Sequence record: ON287372.1
Strand: one strand, 5' to 3'
DNA length: 64,000 bases
Made by a program: the position numbers and the translations under genes. Of the stretch, positions 8,878 to 18,614 are shown one piece after another (within the stretch, counting starts at the first letter, position 1; every line of letters starts with the position of its first letter). The notes under the pieces were generated by a model. It worked only from the letters and a program-made list of their open reading frames with translations, did not search any database and was not told the origin of the DNA.

Positions 8878-10026
8878 TTAGTAAGCAGAATCGATATCGT
8901 AACGCAGTACTGCATTCCCGCGCAGGATACGCTGAGAACTCAACTTGAGCCCGACGGTTACAGTCCAACCATGGACAGAACGTTTTTGTTCGATGCTCTG
9001 AACAGTCGAATTAAGGAACGAGTTAACCAGATCGGATTGGTTCTTCTCGCCTCTGAGCTGAGTCCAGTTAGCTTGGATCATGCTAACAATGACATTGACC
9101 AGATTGACGTCAGTGAGCGAGTCGCCTAAACGATAGCCACGGATTGCACGTTGGTAATCCGAGAAGTCCAGAGGATAAGTCGTCGTATAAGCAGACTTCT
9201 GACCTGTACCTGTGCCGCTCGGATAATCCAGACCAGCCAATGCAAAGACATTCAGCTTAGTCAGATCGTAAGCTGGCGGATACTCCAGGCCATCAAGTAC
9301 ATCTTTAGGGAACAGGGAGATATCAGTCATTGCAGGGTATTCCAGACCTTCCAATTCGGTGGTGTGGATAATGATACCCAAGTCGATATCGTTCGGATAT
9401 TCCAAACCTTCCAGCTCAGTAATCGAAATGATCTTATTCATGTCGAATTGATCTGGGTAGTCCAGTCCTTTCAGAGTGCCGTTGGTCAGTTCGTAGAATA
9501 CACCGCTAAGTTTCTCAGCGTGGAATTTATCGAGGTCGCCATTAGGGATCAGTGTATCAAGCGAACTCTTCACGTTACGGAGTTTAAAGGCACAGACACC
9601 TGTCCAGCCCCAACTTGAGTCAACAAACGGCCACTCGATAGTTTGCTCGACATCACCAACTTCGATATTCATGTCCAGTAAGCCAGGAGCAAAGTCGTAA
9701 TCCTCAAAAGGAGGTAACCCGTATGCACGAGAAAGCTCCTTCAGAACCATACGGTTGCTGAGCCCTGAGTCTACTTGGATCTTTACGTCAATCCCTTTGA
9801 AGAGAATACCGTAATCACGTTTAAAGAAGCTAACGTCACGCAGCCCGAAATAACGATTAGAAAGATCTTTAGTCATCATCGTTTGACGACGGTCTAAAGC
9901 ATCGTAGTTGAGCCATGTAACTTCCAGATTGTCTTCTGTAAAGTCTGCCCCGAACTGCGCATTCTTTTTGTTGATTAGATCGATGATCTCGGACTTGATG
10001 GTGTCGTGGCCAAAGATATTACTCAT
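8878..10026 (-). CDS. Virion protein with five tandem L-x-G-L-x-Y-P repeats; paralog of 11751..12590
   Basis: Repeats LKGLDYP, LEGLEYP (twice), LDGLEYP, LAGLDYP lie between N- and C-terminal domains shared with the 287-aa ORF. Confidence 0.6.
   Translation of the reverse strand: MSNIFGHDTIKSEIIDLINKKNAQFGADFTEDNLEVTWLNYDALDRRQTMMTKDLSNRYFGLRDVSFFKRDYGILFKGIDVKIQVDSGLSNRMVLKELSRAYGLPPFEDYDFAPGLLDMNIEVGDVEQTIEWPFVDSSWGWTGVCAFKLRNVKSSLDTLIPNGDLDKFHAEKLSGVFYELTNGTLKGLDYPDQFDMNKIISITELEGLEYPNDIDLGIIIHTTELEGLEYPAMTDISLFPKDVLDGLEYPPAYDLTKLNVFALAGLDYPSGTGTGQKSAYTTTYPLDFSDYQRAIRGYRLGDSLTDVNLVNVIVSMIQANWTQLRGEKNQSDLVNSFLNSTVQSIEQKRSVHGWTVTVGLKLSSQRILRGNAVLRYDIDSAY
9220..9475 (-). repeat. Coding tandem repeat, 19-20 aa period
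   Basis: Five L-x-G-L-[DE]-Y-P units read from the translation; also visible as recurring ggata(t/c)tcca(a/g)-like DNA. Confidence 0.85.
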
Positions 10027-10041
10027 TTACCACCCCTTCAA

Positions 10042-10980
10042 TTAAGTGCGCGGCGAGATGTTCGCAGAGAACATTTGACGTGCGTTCTGAACCGCGTCAC
10101 GACCGGAGCTGGTTTCGATAGAATCAGAAGTCATCATCGGTTCGTTAGCGCCCATTTCCAGGGTGATAACAAAACCACGGTTGTCGAAGGACATCTGGCG
10201 GTAGGTAGACAGGAAGGTCAGAACCTGTGCGCAGATTGCCTCAGTCATTTGAATTGCACCACCGCCAGGACCAGGTGCTTGCACCGCACGTTTGAAAGCA
10301 GATACCAGACCGATCTCGGAAATGATAGCGCGCTTTTCGTTGCCGTACAGAATACGGGATACGTTGTTCAACTCTTTAACGTCGTTGTCATCGAACAATA
10401 CGTCGGTGGTCAACGATACAGTCAACGTGTCTGAGTTGGTAGTGACCGCCTGGTTAGTGGTCAGAGTTTTACGCTCAGGATACAGGTTGGAGTTGTTTGG
10501 CGTATACTCAGTAGTTGTAGCTACGCCGTCTTTCACAGTGGTGCGTTCCAGACGTGGCTTCTTACCGGTCAGGTCGATTGCCTTGGCGTAATACGAGAAG
10601 TAGTTAATCCCGTTACGGTTTTCCGATTTACGCAGGGCATATTTTTTCCGCTCATCTACGGACAAGTCATTAGACTCTTCACGCATGACAAACGGGATCA
10701 TGTTGAATGGAGCGAAATCGCCCGCCGTATGTTCAGCCGGCTCGATGATCACTTCGCCATCGGTAGTCGGTACAACAAAGTGACCCTTGTCGCCAATTAC
10801 CCAATAGTTAAAGGTAGGCATTTCGTTGGAGGCTAACTTAGCGTCCCGGTTAATGCTCAGGCGTTGGTTCAGAGTAGTGAAGTCGAGAACCGTGAGAGGA
10901 ATACCAGCCAACAGGCACGTTTGCAGCATCCCACTAAGAGCGGTGCGCGTAATCAAGTTAGTGTTAGTACTTGCGCTCAT
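10042..10980 (-). CDS. Conserved virion structural protein (possibly baseplate)
   Basis: 312-aa ORF with RBS AAGGA and an upstream TATG; structural-cluster context. Confidence 0.5.
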   Translation of the reverse strand: MSASTNTNLITRTALSGMLQTCLLAGIPLTVLDFTTLNQRLSINRDAKLASNEMPTFNYWVIGDKGHFVVPTTDGEVIIEPAEHTAGDFAPFNMIPFVMREESNDLSVDERKKYALRKSENRNGINYFSYYAKAIDLTGKKPRLERTTVKDGVATTTEYTPNNSNLYPERKTLTTNQAVTTNSDTLTVSLTTDVLFDDNDVKELNNVSRILYGNEKRAIISEIGLVSAFKRAVQAPGPGGGAIQMTEAICAQVLTFLSTYRQMSFDNRGFVITLEMGANEPMMTSDSIETSSGRDAVQNARQMFSANISPRT

Positions 10981-11044
10981 TTTAAATCCTTAAAGCTATA
11001 GCTCTCTAGTGGAAAGCTAAATGAGGGGAAGGTGACATAAAATA

Positions 11045-11071
11045 AGAGCCGGAGGTGAATCCCCCGGCTCT
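11045..11071 (-). terminator. Intrinsic terminator of the 177-aa gene
   Basis: AGAGCCGG...CCGGCTCT hairpin followed on the minus strand by TATTTTATG. Confidence 0.7.
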
Positions 11072-11081
11072 GAGTCAGCTA

Positions 11082-11615
11082 TTAAGCTGAAGGTGCGTCA
11101 AAGCCTTCCAACTCTTCGCTGAACGATTGCAGAGACTGATCGCCGGAAGTGATGGTGAAGTCGCCGTTGAAGACTTTGTTATCTGCCTTAACAGAGTAAA
11201 CGAAAGTCTGTACGGTACCTTCTGACTTGTCTTCTTTGAAGACAACATCAGCCGCAACGAATTTATCCCAAACGCCTTTTGCTACAGTCAGAGCGAAGGC
11301 ATCGCGGTTAGATTCGTCCAGGGCGGTATCGGACTTGGTAACGACGTTTTTACGGGTGATTTCAGAAGCGATGCTCAGGCGATCGTAGTAGAAATCGCGA
11401 GCTGCGCCTTTCAGCAGTTTGCTGTTAGCTGCCGGGGTCAGACCAATCACGGTGTTACCCGCTTTAGGGCCGGAGTTTGCGGCAGGTGCAGTGGTGACGG
11501 TATAATCAGTGCCCAGTTTAACGGCCTTCAGTTCTGGGATAGCAGTGCTATTTACCAGAAGACGAGTAAACTCGACGTCGGCTGTATTAGCCGGGTTAAA
11601 CGCGATACGTGACAT
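11082..11615 (-). CDS. Probable high-copy virion fibre/decoration subunit with C-terminal LEGFD motif
   Basis: Monocistronic (own TATG and terminator); codon bias like the MCP; ends SLQSFSEELEGFDAPSA; YYDRL segment resembles the N-domains of its neighbours. Confidence 0.55.
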   Translation of the reverse strand: MSRIAFNPANTADVEFTRLLVNSTAIPELKAVKLGTDYTVTTAPAANSGPKAGNTVIGLTPAANSKLLKGAARDFYYDRLSIASEITRKNVVTKSDTALDESNRDAFALTVAKGVWDKFVAADVVFKEDKSEGTVQTFVYSVKADNKVFNGDFTITSGDQSLQSFSEELEGFDAPSA

Positions 11616-11718
11616 CGGATAAATCCTTAAACAGATGAATTAGACATCCAAGAGAAGAGGATGAGTTTAACTCCAGAGGAGTATAAGGGGCTCCATAATA
11701 AAAAGGTATAACATAGCA

Positions 11719-11744
11719 CCTGCTGCTCCAAAAGAAGCAGCAGG
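11719..11744 (-). terminator. Terminator hairpin followed by CTATG
   Basis: CCTGCTGCT-8nt-AGCAGCAGG inverted repeat; TATG at 11715-11712 on the minus strand. Confidence 0.65.
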
Positions 11745-11750
11745 CATCTA

Positions 11751-12590
11751 TTATGGCATGTTGTAGTGCAGGATCAGGTGACCTGCTACGTTACTGCAGT
11801 AGTCGCTATCAAGGTGAATAACCAAGCAACGCTGATACGCAGTGTTAACGTAAACCGGAGCACTAGCCGTTGGGCCATTGAACCACACATCCGCACCGTT
11901 GGCATTCCACGGAGCTGGAGTTGGTTTCAGTACCCAGGTATCCGGAGACTTACGGTTCAGGCTATCGAGGAGTTCTCCTTCGATTGGATCGCCATAACCG
12001 AACTTCTGCAAACCTTCCACGTCGAAGGTATAATCGTTGGCATACAGGTAAAGTGGGCCTTGGATTTTCTCTGACTGGTTAGTTGGGTATTGTAGCCCGT
12101 CCAGGTCGTGGTTACGGATAACCGTTTCCAGTGCAACCTTTGGATCGCCGATGGTAACTTCCAACTGCCCAGTAAATGCAGGGCAAGTAGGACGAACGAT
12201 AATCATCGTTTTGGTTGGCAGGGTGGACAGGTTCAAAACGCCGTCGTAGATATCGCCAGCATCCAACTGGAAGTTGTAGTTGCTGTTGATCTCTTTCAGT
12301 AAGTCAGACTTCTTAAACTTACCGTTCGGTGAAACATAAACGCTGATCTCTTTAAAGATCTCGTTCAGTGCTGGGCGGTTCCAGGTCAGTTCTTCTTGAC
12401 CTTCACGACCCATGCCGGCGATAGCTTTCAGAATACCAGCGGTGTTACGCAGTGGATCGCCATTGGTGTTCTGGGTAAAGTTCGTTAGCCTTACTTGATC
12501 TTCTGAAAAGTCCGCGTCCGGGTTAGCCTCTTTAATAAGGTCAAAGACCAACCGGTTAGTGGGCTTATTGTAGTAATTCGAGTTTGCCAT
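11751..12590 (-). CDS. Virion protein with a single LDGLQYP motif; paralog of 8878..10026
   Basis: Start reassigned to ATG 12590 (RBS GGAG). Shares N-domain (WNRPAL...INSNYNF) and C-domain (...GHLILHYN) features with the 382-aa ORF. Confidence 0.6.
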   Translation of the reverse strand: MANSNYYNKPTNRLVFDLIKEANPDADFSEDQVRLTNFTQNTNGDPLRNTAGILKAIAGMGREGQEELTWNRPALNEIFKEISVYVSPNGKFKKSDLLKEINSNYNFQLDAGDIYDGVLNLSTLPTKTMIIVRPTCPAFTGQLEVTIGDPKVALETVIRNHDLDGLQYPTNQSEKIQGPLYLYANDYTFDVEGLQKFGYGDPIEGELLDSLNRKSPDTWVLKPTPAPWNANGADVWFNGPTASAPVYVNTAYQRCLVIHLDSDYCSNVAGHLILHYNMP

Positions 12591-12668
12591 TATTGACTCC
12601 AATAGGCGATACAATTCTCTATAACATTAACATAACAACCATCCTTGGTCATTAATAGTCAGGTTAGC

Positions 12669-15236
12669 TTACCCAAACAGATCGGATAGATCTCTAGGCT
12701 CGAAAGGCGGTGGCTCAACGGCATCGAATCCTTCTAGCTCATCGAAGATATTGAACAGATCGTAATCTGGCTCAATTACCCCAACAAAGGATCCAAGCAT
12801 TTCAGGGAACCCTTCCTCTAACGTCACCGGCTTAAATGGCTCCGGAATATCGAAGCCCTGTAGCCCATCATTAAAGTCTTCCAGAGAATACGGAACAATT
12901 GCTTCAGTCCATAGACCCGGTAATGACTTGGAGTTAACGACGAGTTTCTCAGGTGCCGGAATAACGTTAGTCCATAGGCCATCCAGGTTACGGTTCTTCA
13001 CCTCATTAGGAAGATACTCATCCTCACGGGGAATCCTTACCCATAGCCCAGGTAGACGAGGGTTGGTGATGACTTCATTAATCGGCTTGGCTGTAGCGAG
13101 GTATAACCACAAACCATTGAGGTCATGTTTACTGATCTCGAGTCCGATATCTTTAGCCAGCGACCCTTTGAATCTAACTTCTGCAATTTCGATCTGGTGA
13201 CGTGTAGAGACGTGCGTAGTTGGCAAGAACTCTGCAGAGGAGAACACGCGGTAGAAATGCGGGGAGTGGATATACTTGGAACGAATGTCCATCCCTTCAA
13301 ATACTGGCTCTTTAGGAGACAGTCTACCTTGTTGCCATTGTTGGATAATTTCCACACGTTGATCGATTTTAAACTCAGCAGAGGAGTTAGTCTCAATCCC
13401 ACCGAAACGGATAGCCAGGTTATCGACAATGATATTTGGCGACGCGTTAGTTTTGTGGACGTACTGAACTGAATAACTGGACAGCTGAGTCATGATGCCG
13501 ATCATGGCACTATGTACATCAGAAACCGAGATAGTTGATCTCAGATTAGCCCCGGTGGCAACTTCCATTAACTGTAAGCAGAACTCCGAATACGCAGTAG
13601 GGTCGCTTAACTCAACGTCCCAGTTCTTTGTACGGAACCAATCTTTATAGTTGATTGGCGTAGCGGCCAGCTTACACTTCTTGTTAATGTAGAAACGCCG
13701 AGTCATCACTTCCATCTGGCCACGAGAACGGAAATCCTGTTGACGGGTGTACATCACTCGATGTGAGTTAATGTTACCCTGGATTTGCGCTACCGTATTA
13801 TAGAAGGCTTCGGTAGAGATGATAGTTGATACCGGAGTGTGCTCAGTCAACGCCATCAGTATAGCAGATTCGCTAACGTGCTCAGGCTCACAGATGCCAC
13901 GTAGTTCACTAAAGTCAGGTGGAGAGATCCGCTGTACGAAGAATGCAGTTAAATCAGGAGCTGTTACCAGATCGTATTCGAACTGCTTCATGACGCAATA
14001 AATCCAGAGGATCAAAGCCTCCCTTACCGTCATCGACATCGTTTCTTGATTCACTGGACTAGGGATAGAGATGTTAGCAACGTAACGTCCTTCCGTAGCA
14101 AGGTAAATCCATTCGCCTAACAACGTATCCACGAACTTGTGCGGAACCGAATCAGATCTGTCGATCATGATAGACTCAAGCACTTTGGTCGGAAGCTCAC
14201 CCGTAATGGCGTTACTCACCCTTACCGGGACTTGTGCTTTCTGAGCTGCTAAATACTTGGAGTTATCTTTAGCCGAGTTGACCTCGTTATCTAACGCCTC
14301 TTCAATAGAGATACGTTCGATACCCTGCACCGATTCCGCTAAACTGTTCTTAGGATCCTTAGCCACCTCACCTTCAGGTAACAGCTGATTAGGTACGTCC
14401 TTCGAGTTGTGTCGAAGGAAATAAGCCGTCAGCGGAATGTTACGGGCCGTAAGGATATTCAGGATCAGGTCATCGAAGGTCGTCGTTTTACCGGCGTGGT
14501 TATCGATATAGCGAATATTACGGTACAGCCACAAAGCCTGAGTCGTGTTGACGTAGTCTTTGTAAGCATTGAGTCGACCATGTGAACCCAAGTACGCCCA
14601 GAGGTGGTAACTATGGACATATTGCGTACGGCAATAGTTCTCACGGATGGAAATAATCTCACCAACCAGGTGTTGAAACATATTCCCAAAAAACGTCGCC
14701 GGGTAATACTTTTGTACGGCAGCGGCAAATACTAGATACCAACGTTGGGTATACCGGTAAAGCCACTCTTGTAAATCTTGGATTAAATACGTTTCGTTAG
14801 GATCAACTTCTGACTTATCGTAATAAAGGATAGTGAAGTTTTTGGCATTAATCGCCTCATCTATATCCACTGGCCATAGCACACCACGGATCAGACGTTC
14901 TTGATCTGGGTAACGATTCAGTAGTTCGGTATAGTACCGAGAATCGTAGCTGTACGCAGCTTTTGTGGCTCTGTGGATTAGGAGGTTATCATATGTGAAG
15001 TCAATCTCCTCTAAGGTGTCCAAGGAGGTTACTTTCATCGGCTTATCGGCAGCATGATACTTACCTGCTAAGTTCATGTAGTAACGCCACGTCGATGGAA
15101 CGTAAGGATCAACAGTAAAGCCAATGCCAGTAAGGTAATTGTTGGACGCTTCCGCATCGGCGTTAAACTTGATTGTCATCGTTTGCGCTAATCGCAAAGC
15201 GCTATCGGTATACAATCGTTGCGTGGTATCCGCCAT
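12669..15236 (-). CDS. Large virion (probably baseplate) protein with C-terminal L-x-G-[LF] repeat tail
   Basis: 855 aa; tail carries LNGLW, LPGLW, LDGLW, LPGLW, LQGFD, LGSF, LEGFD; divergent from the portal gene as in phiKZ-like phages. Confidence 0.6.
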   Translation of the reverse strand: MADTTQRLYTDSALRLAQTMTIKFNADAEASNNYLTGIGFTVDPYVPSTWRYYMNLAGKYHAADKPMKVTSLDTLEEIDFTYDNLLIHRATKAAYSYDSRYYTELLNRYPDQERLIRGVLWPVDIDEAINAKNFTILYYDKSEVDPNETYLIQDLQEWLYRYTQRWYLVFAAAVQKYYPATFFGNMFQHLVGEIISIRENYCRTQYVHSYHLWAYLGSHGRLNAYKDYVNTTQALWLYRNIRYIDNHAGKTTTFDDLILNILTARNIPLTAYFLRHNSKDVPNQLLPEGEVAKDPKNSLAESVQGIERISIEEALDNEVNSAKDNSKYLAAQKAQVPVRVSNAITGELPTKVLESIMIDRSDSVPHKFVDTLLGEWIYLATEGRYVANISIPSPVNQETMSMTVREALILWIYCVMKQFEYDLVTAPDLTAFFVQRISPPDFSELRGICEPEHVSESAILMALTEHTPVSTIISTEAFYNTVAQIQGNINSHRVMYTRQQDFRSRGQMEVMTRRFYINKKCKLAATPINYKDWFRTKNWDVELSDPTAYSEFCLQLMEVATGANLRSTISVSDVHSAMIGIMTQLSSYSVQYVHKTNASPNIIVDNLAIRFGGIETNSSAEFKIDQRVEIIQQWQQGRLSPKEPVFEGMDIRSKYIHSPHFYRVFSSAEFLPTTHVSTRHQIEIAEVRFKGSLAKDIGLEISKHDLNGLWLYLATAKPINEVITNPRLPGLWVRIPREDEYLPNEVKNRNLDGLWTNVIPAPEKLVVNSKSLPGLWTEAIVPYSLEDFNDGLQGFDIPEPFKPVTLEEGFPEMLGSFVGVIEPDYDLFNIFDELEGFDAVEPPPFEPRDLSDLFG

Positions 15237-15289
15237 GCGGCCTCCTGTCTTTATGCGAACACATGAGAGAAATAAGGATTTGGTAAACC

Positions 15290-18094
15290 ATGATGAAGAA
15301 ACCTACTCTTACCAGTAGCGGTGTTGATACTTCAGTTCGAAGTAAACCCGCTAAGTGGTTAGAAAATACTCCCGCTGCAACTTCCATCATGACTAAGATG
15401 GTACGTGATCATCTTACGGGTGATCATAGTCAGGGCGAAGGCGTTAAAGTACATGACGAGACAATCTTTGACCATATCGTCGGGACACGTGCTCAGAAGA
15501 ACTTGGACGCAGAAACAATCCTGCAATTAAGCAGCGATTTAAAACTGATCAAACAAATGATCATTTCGACTACGTTGTCTCCGGTCGATATGTTTGATGG
15601 AGAACTGGTCTTTAAAACAGAAGATTCAGAAATTCGTCCTACAATACTTAATGAAATTACTGAGGTTATCCGCGAACACTTTGGTGATGGCGGTTATTAC
15701 CCTCTGCGCGATAAGTTTCCCGAGATCATCGGCGAAGCCTTATTCGATTACGGCGCCTGGGTATCGGTAATCGTACCAGAAGCAGTAATTGACGATATCA
15801 TCAATGATCGCACCGCTGGCGTCTCTAATGAGTCGGCCTCAATGACCGATGAAATGTACGCTGCCCATATGGCTGCGCAATTCAAAGACGGTACATTGAA
15901 GCACACCGGTAAAGGTATTCTGGGCGATCCTGGTTTGACTGAAGCAGAAGCCAAGTCGGATAAAAGACGTAACGTCTCTACTCCAAGTATGGAAAACTTC
16001 TTCTGGAATCCAGGTGGCGACCGCGAGACTCCGACTCGCATTAATGATGCGGCTACCATCACCGATAACATTGCTGTTCTAGGTTTAAGTACAGTCCGTG
16101 ACCGCGTTAACCAACGCCGCATGAACCAGGTCTTCCGCGCCACATCTCGTGTAGCTAACGAGGCGTTCAGCGGTGGTAACGGTCATATCAAGGAGATCCG
16201 TACCTTAGCGAATAGTCTGTATCGCGATCAGGGCGGCGGAGGTATGGAACGCGTTAAAGTCATGCCTACAGCTGCTGAGGCTTCACGTTCATCTATTGGC
16301 CATCCATTGGTAATCAAGATCCCTAGTGAATCTTGTATTCCGTGTTTCCCTAAAGGCGAACCGCGTAACCACCTAGGCTACATTATCCTTCTGGACGAAC
16401 TCGGTCACCCGTTGGATGTTACTGACGAAATTGCCCGTGCTGTACGTAATGGTAACAATGGTTTGAATGGCGATTCACAGATGAACCAAACTTCATCTCT
16501 GATTCAACAAACTAAACTGTTGGGTTCCGGGCTGTGCTACGACTCCGATGGCCGTAATGCTGCTGAGCGTGTACGTATCTTTGACCAGGTGCTGGAAGAG
16601 AACGTACTGAACCGTATCAAAAACGGTTTGCTCGGTCGTAACGTCAAGTTGGGTTGGAACGAAGATATCATGCGTCTGTTCCTGTTCCGTAAGTTTGCTA
16701 ACCAACGTACCCACATGGTATTCGTACCTGTTGAGAACGTTGCGTACTTTGCATACGACTACGACAAGAACGGTATGGGTAAATCTCTCATGGACGACAT
16801 CAAACAAGTCTCTGCACTCCGTGCGATGACAACGTTTGCTAACTTCATGGCCGGTGTTAAGAACGCCGTAGGACGTACTAAGGTTACGATGAACATCGAC
16901 CCACGTAACCCAGACCCAGAGAAAGCCTATCACGTAATGACTGATGAGTTCATGCGTCAACAAGCAGGCGGTACGCCTACTGACGTGACATCGGCAGCAG
17001 AGATGTTCCGTGTTATCCGTTCCATGGGTGTGGTTATTGAAGTTCAAGGTAACCCGCGTATGCCGAACACCACGGTTGATGTCTCTGAGTTCCAATCCCA
17101 GAAACAACAGATCGATCCAGAGTTCTCCCGTGAACTGCAACGTCAGCAATACATGGGTCTGTTCGTAACACCTGAGATGGTGGACATGACTACCCAGGCA
17201 GACTTCGCAATCTCTCGCTGGACAACTAACCAACTGTACGCTAAGCGTATCATGATGATTCAGGACGATACCTGTAAGCACGCTAAGAAGTTCGTTAAGT
17301 CTTACTCGCTTTCAGATGGTACTCTGGTTGGTAAAATGCAAGAAGTGTTCCGTGAGCACAACGATCAACTCCCAGAAGAGTATAGAGTAACGGATATGGA
17401 AAACTCATATTCCCTGCAATATACTTTGGCAATTGAAGAGTTCTTCCGTGTCCTTTATCTGGAACTCCCTCGTCCTGAGTCTAACCGGATCGAGAACCAG
17501 AAAGAAGAATACGACAAAGTCTCTCAATGGATTGATGACATGGTAGAGAACTACATCTCTCCTGAATTGATCGGGCCGTCTCTGAGTGATGAGGATCGCG
17601 ATAAGATCGATCACCTTAAAGCTAACGTCGCAGCTTACTTCAAACGTGAGTACCTAGTTAAAACTGGTATGGACTTCGGTCTTAGTGAACTTACTCGCGT
17701 TGGTAGTGAAGACAACCCTGCACTGGACTTCTCCAAAGAGCTCAATGCTCATATGGCGAACCTGGTACACAACCTGGGCGATACCGCAGCGGTTATCCGT
17801 AAACTGCGTGAGGATCGTCTGGCTGTCACTGAAGAGAACAACCCTGACTTAGCAGAAGCTATTAAGAATGCTAATGACGGTGGTGGTTTCGGTGGTGGTA
17901 GTGATTGGGGTGGTGATGAATCAACTGATACAGGTAGTGATGCTTTCTCAACCGGATCAGATGAATTCAACGACTACGGCGGTGATGATTTAACAGGCGG
18001 TGATGACTTCGGTAGTAAGGAAGATGAATTCGGTGGTGATCGTGCCAACGAAGATCCTTTCCAAGCTCCGGCGTCCGATAACCCTGCACCTTAA
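15290..18094 (+). CDS. Portal protein (phiKZ gp129 / SPN3US gp81-like)
   Basis: 934 aa; RTKVTMNIDPRNP resembles the T4 gp20 clip region; acidic Gly-rich C-tail; N-terminal [SA]-x-E sites; synteny from memory. Confidence 0.65.
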   Translation: MMKKPTLTSSGVDTSVRSKPAKWLENTPAATSIMTKMVRDHLTGDHSQGEGVKVHDETIFDHIVGTRAQKNLDAETILQLSSDLKLIKQMIISTTLSPVDMFDGELVFKTEDSEIRPTILNEITEVIREHFGDGGYYPLRDKFPEIIGEALFDYGAWVSVIVPEAVIDDIINDRTAGVSNESASMTDEMYAAHMAAQFKDGTLKHTGKGILGDPGLTEAEAKSDKRRNVSTPSMENFFWNPGGDRETPTRINDAATITDNIAVLGLSTVRDRVNQRRMNQVFRATSRVANEAFSGGNGHIKEIRTLANSLYRDQGGGGMERVKVMPTAAEASRSSIGHPLVIKIPSESCIPCFPKGEPRNHLGYIILLDELGHPLDVTDEIARAVRNGNNGLNGDSQMNQTSSLIQQTKLLGSGLCYDSDGRNAAERVRIFDQVLEENVLNRIKNGLLGRNVKLGWNEDIMRLFLFRKFANQRTHMVFVPVENVAYFAYDYDKNGMGKSLMDDIKQVSALRAMTTFANFMAGVKNAVGRTKVTMNIDPRNPDPEKAYHVMTDEFMRQQAGGTPTDVTSAAEMFRVIRSMGVVIEVQGNPRMPNTTVDVSEFQSQKQQIDPEFSRELQRQQYMGLFVTPEMVDMTTQADFAISRWTTNQLYAKRIMMIQDDTCKHAKKFVKSYSLSDGTLVGKMQEVFREHNDQLPEEYRVTDMENSYSLQYTLAIEEFFRVLYLELPRPESNRIENQKEEYDKVSQWIDDMVENYISPELIGPSLSDEDRDKIDHLKANVAAYFKREYLVKTGMDFGLSELTRVGSEDNPALDFSKELNAHMANLVHNLGDTAAVIRKLREDRLAVTEENNPDLAEAIKNANDGGGFGGGSDWGGDESTDTGSDAFSTGSDEFNDYGGDDLTGGDDFGSKEDEFGGDRANEDPFQAPASDNPAP

Positions 18095-18123
18095 GCAAAA
18101 AAAAGAAAGTCGATAAACGTCAC

Positions 18124-18151
18124 AGAGTAGAGGCCAAATGGCCTCTACTCT
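18124..18151. terminator. Bidirectional terminator
   Basis: AGAGTAGAGGCC-AAAT-GGCCTCTACTCT-ATTTT between convergent genes. Confidence 0.8.
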
Positions 18152-18157
18152 ATTTTG

Positions 18158-18523
18158 TTATTTTGCTTTCAGCAACTGACTAAAGCCATCTTCGTTAACG
18201 AAAGCGAAGTTAACGTTGTAGCCTTCTTTAGTCAGGCGGTTAATGAGCAGCATGGTGCGGTAAGCAGAGCCTACAGCGTCCGGCAGCAGAATGGAGGTGA
18301 ACTTAAAACCACCGTTGTGGGATTCTTCGAAAGTACGGATGTAAGTGATAACCGTATCCAAGGATTCTTTCAACAGGTTGTTGAGATCCATGGTTTTGAA
18401 GAACTGGTTCAGTTCGATATCGGCGTGACGTGCAACGCGAATATCGTACTTGGTAACTTCGTCAGCGTAAAGGTTCTGAACGAAAGACAGGGTAGACTTA
18501 TAGGTAATTTCATTAGTAAACAT
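18158..18523 (-). CDS. Hypothetical protein
   Basis: 121 aa with strong RBS AGGAGG. Confidence 0.6.
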   Translation of the reverse strand: MFTNEITYKSTLSFVQNLYADEVTKYDIRVARHADIELNQFFKTMDLNNLLKESLDTVITYIRTFEESHNGGFKFTSILLPDAVGSAYRTMLLINRLTKEGYNVNFAFVNEDGFSQLLKAK

Positions 18524-18614
18524 ACGGACCTCCTAGGGCCTCTCATAGTTGCGCGTTACTCTCGCTGGATATCCAGCGAGAGCACACGTTACATATTAAG
18601 TGAATGGATGGGGT

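Noticed and set aside
8795-8968. 5' extensions given by the ORF track (also 12614, 26738, 26749, 44332, 45826, 53392, 55198, 60844)
   Set aside because: They run through terminators, promoters or neighbouring genes. Downstream starts have clear Shine-Dalgarno sequences.
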